This document shows positions 35,001 through 44,078 of a stretch of DNA of 54,289 bases, piece by piece. The stretch is taken from positions 1 to 54,289 of IMG/VR virus record IMGVR_UViG_3300027917_000056. One strand, given 5' to 3'. Both the position numbers and the translations under genes were made by a program. Below the pieces are notes generated by a model, which saw only the letters and a list, made by a program, of their open reading frames with translations, searched no databases and was not told where the DNA came from. Position 1 is the stretch's first letter; every line of letters starts with the position of its first letter. The stretch comes from a virus. Lineage: Duplodnaviria > Caudoviricetes.

Positions 35001-35273
35001 TTATTCCCCCAATTTCTCCTCTAAGCCTTTGATTTCCGAATCCATACCATCAATTATCTTCTCCAGGTTTCGAAGTCTCAGAAGGACTGCTTCTCTTTGT
35101 GCAATAAACCCGTCTCGTCTTGTTTTTCGCATTCGTAGCTCCCTGCCCAAATGTGCCCGTTCTCTTGGGTCCGTCACTACTTTAGTGATTTTTATGAACG
35201 GTTTTTTACGCTTTTTTCTTCCTTCCTTTACTGGCTTTATTGTCTCTACGGATACGATCAACTCTTCATTCAT
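35001..35273 (-). CDS. basic coiled-coil hypothetical protein
   Basis: GAGGAGG RBS; basic central region. Confidence 0.6.
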   Translation of the reverse strand: MNEELIVSVETIKPVKEGRKKRKKPFIKITKVVTDPRERAHLGRELRMRKTRRDGFIAQREAVLLRLRNLEKIIDGMDSEIKGLEEKLGE

Positions 35274-35293
35274 TACTATTTCCCTCCTCTTCT

Positions 35294-38200
35294 CTATATA
35301 GGAGTTGCTCCACTTGCCCAATCTGCATGATAGAAAGCACTGTCATCATAGTTATATGCCACTATTTTTACCTTCTGTTCATCCGTAATAGTTATTTCAT
35401 CTACTGTGTAAAGTACCTCATCCTCCGCAGAACGATATATAGCAAACGGATCATCAGTAGCTCCATAAGGATATTCCGAAGTATCAAACTCATCCGTCAA
35501 TGTATCGAAAGGCCCTGTAATTGTGTATTTAACTACGTCGTCATCTGCCTGTCTGATGTATATGTAACAGTCTCCAGAATACAGAGAGGAATCTAAAGTG
35601 ATTTCCCGGTCTATAGTAATGGTTTTAGAACTTGTGTTCAGATCTACAATTCTACCACCAAAGGTGTATTTGTTTGACTCGTGCTGAAATGCAATCGTAT
35701 CCCCAGGCTGTATTACAAGCCCTTCGACGTCAGTTTCGAACTCTATCTTCCGTTCCATCGATCTAGCTAACTGCAATCTCAAAGTAGCTTCTCGTTTGGC
35801 TTGATCTGCATTTGTTATGCCAGGTACGAATATGGTGTCTGTGTTTGGAGTGGTGGTAAGTTCGTCAAAATCAGAACGTTCTGCGGCGCGGTCGTCTTTT
35901 GCGTATTTGTTTTCTTCGTTAAGAAATTCAATTACTATCTTGTCCGGCTTGTCTACAGGATCTATCCAAGTAAGTCTGGTGTTATATGTATTTCCAGCAG
36001 AGAACACATAAATGGGAGTGTTCGCAGGACTGGTAGGTTGATCTATGGATACATAGTATTTGTTCCCTATTAAATTCAATCGCCCTCGACCCACTACGGC
36101 AGCTATATCCAAGCAGTCCCATACCCGTTTACCCTTTACATCAAACACCCCGCCAAACTTTGCCCGCTTCACTCCATCTACTGTTGTATTGCAATAGGTA
36201 GCCCATGCACTGAAGCTGGTATAGTCCAGATATTTTGGATGCACACCACGCCCCCATCCTTTTCCGTATCGAGTCCCTGAGTCGTAAAAACCATCTGTCA
36301 AAATTTCCCAAACAACCCAAGCTGGGTTAGTGCATTTATTAGTTCCGCTTATGGTAGTCAGTGCAGATCCGGTCCATCTATATAAAGTCTCGTCATTACG
36401 GGCACCAATAACATTTACACGTGGTATTTTGGTCAGACCTCCTTGTGCTGAAATCTTTAAAAACAGTTTTGCCAATCTTGGATAAATAAGAGTAAACCTT
36501 CTGCATTCTGTTACAGAATGAAACTGAGCAAGATTTGTCCAGTACGAATTGCTCCAAGTCATTGATCTGCGATCCGACCATAGTGTGTCGTAACTGGTTC
36601 TTCTAATTACTGCGCCTCCAGCTTTTACTGTCGCTGTAGCTCCAGAAGTGTGTCCGGTGACTGTCTCCCCTGCCGAGAAATCCCCCTCGGATACTCCTCG
36701 CAGATACATATATTGTTCTGAAGCACTTATCTCAGTCACCCCGGTTAGTTCTCCCATATCTCCGCTGTTACCACCTTCTATGGTTTCTCCAAATTGAAAT
36801 CTTCCCGATTGATGATCCACGGTAATATAATCAAACGGAATCCGATATGTTTTAGTAAGAGGACCTGTGGCCTGTCCGTATACCACCCGGACTTTTTTCT
36901 CTTCCCAAAATGCGTATGTATCCATGTTGTGATTATACAGATACATACTATCTCCAGCACCACCACTCATTACAAACCACTCTCTGTACAAAGACCACAG
37001 GCGATCTGGGCCTGAAGGCTTGTTCCAGTAACATCCTTGCGGAAACCGATATGAAAAATATACCTGATCAGCCGTTCCACGGGCGTCATGCCACACTCTA
37101 CCGAGATCGTCCAAGTCAGACAGCTCAGAGCTAGTGGGAGGAGTGAAGTTCTTATAAGAAACATTTCCACTTACATCTAGTCTCACTTCATCCAACCAGC
37201 ATGGCAATCCAATGATCCCTGATCCAACAACAAAATGCTGAGTACCGAAATCACCGCCATTGGAAATCGTACAAATTTCATTCTGATCTTTCATGACGAA
37301 TTTCTCTGTACTGCGGTCTGTTATATCAACCCCGTCCTTGAACCATGCAATATAGTCCCCATCTCGGCAGAATTTTATGTGATGAAAAGCACCAGCATAA
37401 TCCGATATGTCTTGTACCGAACTTCTTATGTCCAGTGTGTATGTATAATATGGATCATTCTCGTATGCCCTAAGAAGAACAATGAACCTCCACTCGAAAG
37501 TAGTAGAAGTATACTTTTTGACTCGCACTTGCCACATTTTGTCGTTTATACGACCCCCTTCCGTATTTACCCAAAAGAGGTTATAATGATGTGATGTGCT
37601 CAGTGCAGTGAACTCAGAAGAATCCAACCATATCCACCAAGACAGAGCAAATGGATCACTACGCGGTTGATGTAAATAATGAGCCCGATGATACATATTG
37701 TAACAATGAGTGCCAGGACCTAGCCGGAACGATGCAGAACCGAATTTGTGCCTTGCAGTCGTTATGGCTGCACTGGAGTTTTTGGCCGTACCCATATCCA
37801 ATACCCAGTCATCCACTCTGTATCCATCTACATAGTTGTGATAGTTGTATGCTTTGTTGTCTTTGGAACTGTTTTCAAAATCCAAAAAAATGCCAGTAGA
37901 CTTTATCTGTGGCAAATCCAGAAACCATTGCTGATATAATTCGTCCATATCACTGAATGCGGTATCTGCTGCTGCACCTAACTTAACTGCATACTCATAA
38001 TCAGTAAATTGAGACAGAGGAGTATCATCTAAGAAAATATCCTCTGCACCATCAGTAGCCAATGAATCCAATTCCCCTTCTGCCACACCCAAAATAAGTT
38101 TCAGTGTCTCTGTGTTCCCACCTTCCTCTGATCCATGAATATGCTGATTGATTACAGTACCTCCAAGTTTTGTTTCTCCAAACAACACGGCAATCGATTC

Positions 38201-38614
38201 GCCGTCATATCTGTAATTCTCCTTTACATCAAATCCATACGCCTGACTCAAACTCTCCGGAGCTAAATCTCTTCTCTGGTCCTTCAATTTGTTCATCTGT
38301 GCCTTCATCTGTATGTACTGATATACAGAGTAGCCAATAGTAGCTATAGCTAAGACCGCACCCACTATGGCAAGGATCGTAAGTGGTGCCCCTGGCATCG
38401 TAATGACCGAGACATGATCTCCTGGCAATAGTAAGGTCTTCGGAGACGGATCTTTGACTTTATTCACTCGTACTGTATATCTGCTCCAAGTGCCTTTTCC
38501 ACACAGTTCATCTAGAAATGAATCCAAACGCACAAGAGCCTGATAAGTTCCAGTCTTTACAGACGTAGGGTCCAAAAGGTTTTGTACAATCATGTATGAA
38601 ATCAAGTTCTGCAT
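35294..38614 (-). CDS. tail tip protein, lambda gpI/gpJ-like, with a LamG-like insertion
   Basis: IAVLFGETKLGG, LGVAEGE, TNPAWV.W..LT, YVFSAGN, PGITN..QA and QPGD motifs; KFGSAS...LDEVR...NFTPP insert. Confidence 0.85.
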   Translation of the reverse strand: MQNLISYMIVQNLLDPTSVKTGTYQALVRLDSFLDELCGKGTWSRYTVRVNKVKDPSPKTLLLPGDHVSVITMPGAPLTILAIVGAVLAIATIGYSVYQYIQMKAQMNKLKDQRRDLAPESLSQAYGFDVKENYRYDGESIAVLFGETKLGGTVINQHIHGSEEGGNTETLKLILGVAEGELDSLATDGAEDIFLDDTPLSQFTDYEYAVKLGAAADTAFSDMDELYQQWFLDLPQIKSTGIFLDFENSSKDNKAYNYHNYVDGYRVDDWVLDMGTAKNSSAAITTARHKFGSASFRLGPGTHCYNMYHRAHYLHQPRSDPFALSWWIWLDSSEFTALSTSHHYNLFWVNTEGGRINDKMWQVRVKKYTSTTFEWRFIVLLRAYENDPYYTYTLDIRSSVQDISDYAGAFHHIKFCRDGDYIAWFKDGVDITDRSTEKFVMKDQNEICTISNGGDFGTQHFVVGSGIIGLPCWLDEVRLDVSGNVSYKNFTPPTSSELSDLDDLGRVWHDARGTADQVYFSYRFPQGCYWNKPSGPDRLWSLYREWFVMSGGAGDSMYLYNHNMDTYAFWEEKKVRVVYGQATGPLTKTYRIPFDYITVDHQSGRFQFGETIEGGNSGDMGELTGVTEISASEQYMYLRGVSEGDFSAGETVTGHTSGATATVKAGGAVIRRTSYDTLWSDRRSMTWSNSYWTNLAQFHSVTECRRFTLIYPRLAKLFLKISAQGGLTKIPRVNVIGARNDETLYRWTGSALTTISGTNKCTNPAWVVWEILTDGFYDSGTRYGKGWGRGVHPKYLDYTSFSAWATYCNTTVDGVKRAKFGGVFDVKGKRVWDCLDIAAVVGRGRLNLIGNKYYVSIDQPTSPANTPIYVFSAGNTYNTRLTWIDPVDKPDKIVIEFLNEENKYAKDDRAAERSDFDELTTTPNTDTIFVPGITNADQAKREATLRLQLARSMERKIEFETDVEGLVIQPGDTIAFQHESNKYTFGGRIVDLNTSSKTITIDREITLDSSLYSGDCYIYIRQADDDVVKYTITGPFDTLTDEFDTSEYPYGATDDPFAIYRSAEDEVLYTVDEITITDEQKVKIVAYNYDDSAFYHADWASGATPI

Positions 38615-39045
38615 CTGTAGTAACCCTTTATTCTGCGTCGGTATGGCACTGAACTTACAGGCGTAATTTCCGGACCTTTACGGTTCATCTGCACAAATCT
38701 GCTATTATCAATCATCATACCTATGTGATCGACGTAGCCGTTGTTCATTCTGCTGATAGCTACCACATCTCCCGGCTCAGGATCGTCTACCGGACGAAAA
38801 TTAGCATTGTATAGCACTTCTACAATCTTTCTGGTGTCTGTAGTGACATCTCCGCAACGTTCTTCTATTTCCCTCAAGTCTGGTATATCTATATGAAACA
38901 CCTCCGTAGCCACCGCTTTTACAAATGCACCGCAATCATATTGATCTGGACCCGTAGCTCCTTCACAGTATTTGGTTCTCATGAGTTGTCGTAACGTTCT
39001 TTTAGAAATCAAAAGCACTCCCCGGTATTGCTGGAAAAGCACCAA
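38602..39045 (-). CDS. NlpC/P60 tail assembly protein (gpK-like)
   Basis: GPDQYDCG, PGDVV and HIGM motifs; located between the L and J genes; start uncertain. Confidence 0.85.
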   Translation of the reverse strand: MVLFQQYRGVLLISKRTLRQLMRTKYCEGATGPDQYDCGAFVKAVATEVFHIDIPDLREIEERCGDVTTDTRKIVEVLYNANFRPVDDPEPGDVVAISRMNNGYVDHIGMMIDNSRFVQMNRKGPEITPVSSVPYRRRIKGYYRCRT

Positions 39046-39841
39046 ATCTACTCTCGTTGGCTCTGGCTATGCAATCCGTCATGGTCTTATCACACTCCGT
39101 CTCTCCACCTGAGTAACCGCAATCCGAATCCTTGAACTTCCACCGGCATATCTTGCGGCTGTATACGAAACTTGGAAATGGATCTACCAGTGGATTCCTG
39201 AGTCCGAGAGTGAATACTATCGCTTCGTCTGTTATTTCAGCACTCTTGACCTGAAACAGCTCATCAATTATTGGGTCAGCGGTCAGATCTCCGGCATACA
39301 CGATGAGAATACGCACTTGATCATTGATAAACCCTGCTCCTTTATTGACGTATCCTTCCATCATTCTGTCTGCATTGGATATGGCTAGTGCAAGACTCGG
39401 CACCTGATTGGTAGTGTCCACAAGAGTTTCAAATTCAAAGCTGAATCTCTCCCATAGTACAGTCTCGTAAGTGATGGATTCATTGTTTCGTGCATATCTA
39501 AACACAGCCTCTCCCGTTGGAAGTGGAGTAGTTACGGACCCTGAACCAGGGGAAACCGAATGGTCTCCATCCAAATCTTCTGAGTCCTGGAACGGTCCAC
39601 TTGTAATGTCTCCCGTGACCAGGTATCCTGTAGTGGCAGTTAGTTCCACTACAAAATGTACAGTAGCCGAGGCCCCGGAAGTACCGCCTGTGACAGTCTC
39701 TCCTTCATGAAAATTATCGGTCAGAGAATCATAGTTCACAATTTCCCAATCCTCATGGGTCAGTTGCAACAGCACAAGCCACGGATCGTCTGAGTCCAGT
39801 TTGTTTTTTGCAGTTATCAGTGCTACATCTGGGCTTCTCAT
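39002..39841 (-). CDS. minor tail protein, gpL-like
   Basis: C-terminal CRWKFK..DCGY...CDKT..DC...RFGAFP 4-Cys motif. Confidence 0.85.
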   Translation of the reverse strand: MRSPDVALITAKNKLDSDDPWLVLLQLTHEDWEIVNYDSLTDNFHEGETVTGGTSGASATVHFVVELTATTGYLVTGDITSGPFQDSEDLDGDHSVSPGSGSVTTPLPTGEAVFRYARNNESITYETVLWERFSFEFETLVDTTNQVPSLALAISNADRMMEGYVNKGAGFINDQVRILIVYAGDLTADPIIDELFQVKSAEITDEAIVFTLGLRNPLVDPFPSFVYSRKICRWKFKDSDCGYSGGETECDKTMTDCIARANESRFGAFPAIPGSAFDF

Positions 39842-42618
39842 ATCTCTACACTCTCACTTGACTCACTACTTGTTGACGAAAGAGAAGCATTAAGACAACC
39901 ATCAGTAACTACAAAATTATCAGCCAACCATCTAGAAGTAGGAACCAGTCCATCATTGTGTGCGTATAGCCTCACTTTCACAGATCCAGTATTACCCAAA
40001 TCCTGAGTGCTTCCAATTTGATCCCATGCTCCAGACTTCCATCCATAAGCAGACACATTTGATCCAGACCGCTTGATACGCAATTTACCATCTATGGCTC
40101 CTGCGGTCTGTTCGTCATGATAACTCCATCCAGACACACAACTAGACCGATACAAATAGGTATAGCTATATTCTGTTGACCAATATCCCCATCTGCACAC
40201 CGCCATATCGCATCCGGCTGTCTGGAAATAAATCCGTAAATCATACCCAAACTGATTCTGCTCTGAGTAGGAAACTCTCTGGAAATCAATCTGCACATCA
40301 AAATCACCGTAGAAAATAGCACGAGTGATAACCCCATCTCCAGCTCCACCACCAACCTTGCTAAGACGTAGTTTGTTGTTTTGTATGTAAGGAGAGCCAG
40401 AGTATATGTTCCACAAATCAGGATCGGGAGCATCACTGGTCGTACCCGTAAAATCATCGTTAAGATAACACTGTGACCAAGAGCTGGATTCTGAAGAGTA
40501 GGACGATTCGCTAGATTTCGAGCAGTCAGAAGCCGACGATTCACTTGATGCACTACTCCAACTGTAACTGTATTCAGAAGTGTCCTCACATCCGATAGTG
40601 ATTTTGAAATTGTCCGCATCCCACGAACAATACGGCCATCCACCACTCGGCCATGAAGCTCCATTGACCGCTCGAAGTTGAATAGCGATATTTCCACTGG
40701 TGCAAGTATGCTCACTTCCGATCTGTTCCCAAGCACTGCCGGTCCAGATGTACGCAGTCCAATCATAATGATCAACGTTCCAGACCCGTTTGAGTCTAAG
40801 TTTACCGTTATTTTGACGAGTGAATCCTCTGTCCTCCTCGTCATAGCTCCAATCCCCACAATCCGTTCTGTACAAGAATCGGGATTTGTATTTCTGAGAA
40901 AATCCAATAAACCCAAATCCGTATCGGATATGTGCGACTGTGCAGCCAAGGCCAACGTCCTGAGCACCCATATCCCAATACCATGTGGAGCCTGCTGGTT
41001 GACTAACTCCGGTCCAATCCACTTGAACATCGAATTCGTCCGTAAGAACAAATCTTGTCTCCACCAAATCATAAGGACCAGTGGCAGTGCTGCCCTGAAT
41101 AAGATGTAACTTATCTCCGCTGGTAATGTATGGAGTACCCGCTGCGTAACTTTCCACAATCCTCCATGTACCGGGATCGGGAGTCTCACTGACACTAGCA
41201 GCCGAGAAATAGTCGTTACGCCAGCACATCGATTCTGAACTGGATACGGAGGAGAAGGATGATTCGCTAGATTTCGAGCAATCACAAGGCGACGACTCGC
41301 TCGACTCGCAAGACTGGGAGGACATGGAGCTGGTACTCGACGGACTGGACAAAAGTGACTCGGAACTGGTACTCGACAAACTCGATGCCGAACATACGGA
41401 CTCGGAACTTTGAGAGCTGTATGACGACGGACTTGAAGACATGCTGGAGTAACTTGAGGTCGAACACCAGGAGCTGAGGCTAGACTCACAGGACAGAGAC
41501 GAGGTACTGGAAAAACTGGACATGGACGACATTGAGCTGTATGAACTGAAACTGGACATGGACGACTTGGAACTGTACGAGTGAGACGAAGACGAGGAAT
41601 GTGGTCCCCACGGTGATACGGAAATTTGGGACTCACTTGATGAGTACGATCCAGGTTCGGAGGACCAGTCAAGTGGCCATGGAGATACTGACATACTGGA
41701 GGAACAGGAATAGGAAGACCAAGAACTGGAACATGAACAGCATGAGCAGGAGCACTCAGAACTGGAAGACTTTGACTGTAAAGATTCGGAACTGGGACTT
41801 GACTTGGAACATTGGCTGATGGATACCGAGATGCTACTTGAGGAGTAACTTGAAGACGAACAGCTAGAGGACGACGACGAGGAGGAGGAACGCGGCCCCC
41901 ACGGAGAGGCGGAAAACAGGGACGAAGAGGATTTTGAACAATCGCTGGCTGATGAAGAACTGCACGAACAGCAGCTCTTGGAACTCTCACATGAGGACTC
42001 TGAAGACCACGAGGAGGCGCAGGAGAGACTCGAATAGGAAGAAAAACTAGAGGCACAGGAAAAGGACGAAGAGGACGAGTAGCTATCGTCCCGGAACTCC
42101 ACTTGCACCACGGCTTGTCGGGTGTGAGCATAGATGTCCGTATGAGCGATCTGAGCCTGAGCTTGATGTATTTGAGCCTGATCAACCCTGTATTCAACCT
42201 GAGCGATGGCTTGGTATATCCGTACAATAGGTTGTACCAAAGTCCCCCGAGTGAATTTAAGTATAAGCTCCAGAACTCCATCAGGTCCCTCATGAACTAC
42301 TGTAACATTTGTCAGGGTAGCATCCACATCGAGCCGGTCCCCCACCCCTACATCCAAAGACAAGGCTGCTATATACCCATCTTCCGCAGAACTGATAATC
42401 TCGTCTATAATAGCCCGTTGTGTGGCGTCCCCCATGTCGATATAACCATGTACCTCGACATCGAACTCCTTCAGTATGGCCTTGTAGCGTCTCCAATCTG
42501 AACCAACTTTCGTATCCTCTGACACGTCCCGCCGGGTAGCTATGGTCCAGTGGCTTACTTGAGCCACATGAACGGCATCCAGTTTGACTTCCCCAGCATA
42601 TCCCTTGAATACAGTCAT
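39838..42618 (-). CDS. tail-tube paralog fused to a Ser/Cys-rich stalk and two lectin-like domains
   Basis: N-terminal ~125 aa aligns with the major tail protein; Ser tract at 42085-41230; two homologous beta domains. Confidence 0.8.
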   Translation of the reverse strand: MTVFKGYAGEVKLDAVHVAQVSHWTIATRRDVSEDTKVGSDWRRYKAILKEFDVEVHGYIDMGDATQRAIIDEIISSAEDGYIAALSLDVGVGDRLDVDATLTNVTVVHEGPDGVLELILKFTRGTLVQPIVRIYQAIAQVEYRVDQAQIHQAQAQIAHTDIYAHTRQAVVQVEFRDDSYSSSSSFSCASSFSSYSSLSCASSWSSESSCESSKSCCSCSSSSASDCSKSSSSLFSASPWGPRSSSSSSSSSCSSSSYSSSSISVSISQCSKSSPSSESLQSKSSSSECSCSCCSCSSSWSSYSCSSSMSVSPWPLDWSSEPGSYSSSESQISVSPWGPHSSSSSHSYSSKSSMSSFSSYSSMSSMSSFSSTSSLSCESSLSSWCSTSSYSSMSSSPSSYSSQSSESVCSASSLSSTSSESLLSSPSSTSSMSSQSCESSESSPCDCSKSSESSFSSVSSSESMCWRNDYFSAASVSETPDPGTWRIVESYAAGTPYITSGDKLHLIQGSTATGPYDLVETRFVLTDEFDVQVDWTGVSQPAGSTWYWDMGAQDVGLGCTVAHIRYGFGFIGFSQKYKSRFLYRTDCGDWSYDEEDRGFTRQNNGKLRLKRVWNVDHYDWTAYIWTGSAWEQIGSEHTCTSGNIAIQLRAVNGASWPSGGWPYCSWDADNFKITIGCEDTSEYSYSWSSASSESSASDCSKSSESSYSSESSSWSQCYLNDDFTGTTSDAPDPDLWNIYSGSPYIQNNKLRLSKVGGGAGDGVITRAIFYGDFDVQIDFQRVSYSEQNQFGYDLRIYFQTAGCDMAVCRWGYWSTEYSYTYLYRSSCVSGWSYHDEQTAGAIDGKLRIKRSGSNVSAYGWKSGAWDQIGSTQDLGNTGSVKVRLYAHNDGLVPTSRWLADNFVVTDGCLNASLSSTSSESSESVEI

Positions 42619-42624
42619 CCACCG

Positions 42625-43722
42625 TCAAGCCTTTGCCTTAACTCCTATCTGCAAATCAGCCAAATGTGATTTTAGCCAATCAATACTTAATCCAGGGTTT
42701 TGCGCCCAACAATAACAAAGAGTCTTATTGGCATCTGCCGACAGTTGGGAATCTACACCACAAAGCTGATTCGGAGTTCCCCATCCGTTGTCCCTCAGCA
42801 TATGCTCAAGATTTTGGACATTCGGCACTCCTGACTTACGTGAATCCAAGCATACCTGTACGGCATTAATTAATGTCATAGGGTCAGATGGTGCTGGCTC
42901 TAAATGTACTGAGTGAAGATTACCTACCGTGTTTGTGTGCCAATAATCGACATTATCCGTCGGTCTCTCATCCACTGCTTCCCAGCTCTCTGTATCACTA
43001 CCCTTGTTTACCCAATCCCAATCTGATTCGTCTCCTTCGGCATTAGGAACCATAGCTATAATCCGACTATCGCTACACCACTCAGAATCATCTATAGCAA
43101 AATCATCATACAACACATCGTTACTTCCGGTGACTGTAAAAACAGATGCGTTATGTAATCGAACAGATCCTATGTTTCCAATAGTCTGTTGCATAGTATC
43201 TGCACTTCCAGAAACATCAGTAACACCATTTATTCTAAGTTCATATGCACCGGCATCAGCTATCTTTGCGTAGAACTCTATTAAATACCACGTATGTGGA
43301 GACAATACGGTACTACCCAAGGCAAGTTCGGTGCCAAGAGGACTTACTGCTACATCACTACCACGGACAATCTCTATAGTTTTCGTAGAAGTACGGAAAC
43401 GTAAATATAAGTTCAGATACCCTGATGTATTCCAAATGGAGAACATGAATTTATCCGTGTCCCCATACTGAAACGTGTCGTAGGCATATCTAAATTTGAA
43501 ATATAATTCATTCGTTGGACTGACTAGATACTTGCTAACGTTCAAACTTAGATAACAATTAGATCTAAGAACAACAGCAAAATCTCCACGGATCGGAGCA
43601 CCACATCCTACATAATCCCCAATGTCATTTTTGTGTACTACATATACCCTATCTGCATGGCTTCTACCGTCCCAGCATCGTACATGGCCACACTCAAATC
43701 CATCAATAAATACCCTACCCAT
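42625..43722 (-). CDS. ConA-like beta-sandwich tail-associated protein
   Basis: FIDGFE...WYLIEF...ELRING...YDDF motifs; position in the tail module. Confidence 0.6.
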   Translation of the reverse strand: MGRVFIDGFECGHVRCWDGRSHADRVYVVHKNDIGDYVGCGAPIRGDFAVVLRSNCYLSLNVSKYLVSPTNELYFKFRYAYDTFQYGDTDKFMFSIWNTSGYLNLYLRFRTSTKTIEIVRGSDVAVSPLGTELALGSTVLSPHTWYLIEFYAKIADAGAYELRINGVTDVSGSADTMQQTIGNIGSVRLHNASVFTVTGSNDVLYDDFAIDDSEWCSDSRIIAMVPNAEGDESDWDWVNKGSDTESWEAVDERPTDNVDYWHTNTVGNLHSVHLEPAPSDPMTLINAVQVCLDSRKSGVPNVQNLEHMLRDNGWGTPNQLCGVDSQLSADANKTLCYCWAQNPGLSIDWLKSHLADLQIGVKAKA

Positions 43723-43727
43723 CTTGA

Positions 43728-44072
43728 CTACACCTCCATGAACGTAAGGTTGACCGAGTACACGTCATTGGCTAGGTATTTGAACTCAGCTTCGTCGTCC
43801 ATTAGCTTTACCACATATGTAGCAGCATCGGCAGGGTTTATGTAATTAAACTCCGACCCACCCCATCCCAAAGCATCAAAAAAAGCTATGATTTCTTCTA
43901 ATGCTGTACGATCAATTCCCTTGAACGATAACTTGAACTCTCTTTTTGTAGCAGTCCATCTGGGACGAGAAACCAAATACCCGGCATCACTACGAGAACG
44001 GATAGAGGGTCTGTGAATGGTCTCTACATAATCCGCTCCCGCTTTAGGAAGATCACTTGGCCAGTCTGCCAT
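43728..44072 (-). CDS. distal tail protein (gpM/Dit-like)
   Basis: Follows the tape measure gene; SRSDAGY..SRPRWT...F..INP pattern. Confidence 0.75.
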   Translation of the reverse strand: MADWPSDLPKAGADYVETIHRPSIRSRSDAGYLVSRPRWTATKREFKLSFKGIDRTALEEIIAFFDALGWGGSEFNYINPADAATYVVKLMDDEAEFKYLANDVYSVNLTFMEV

Positions 44073-44078
44073 CTCTCT

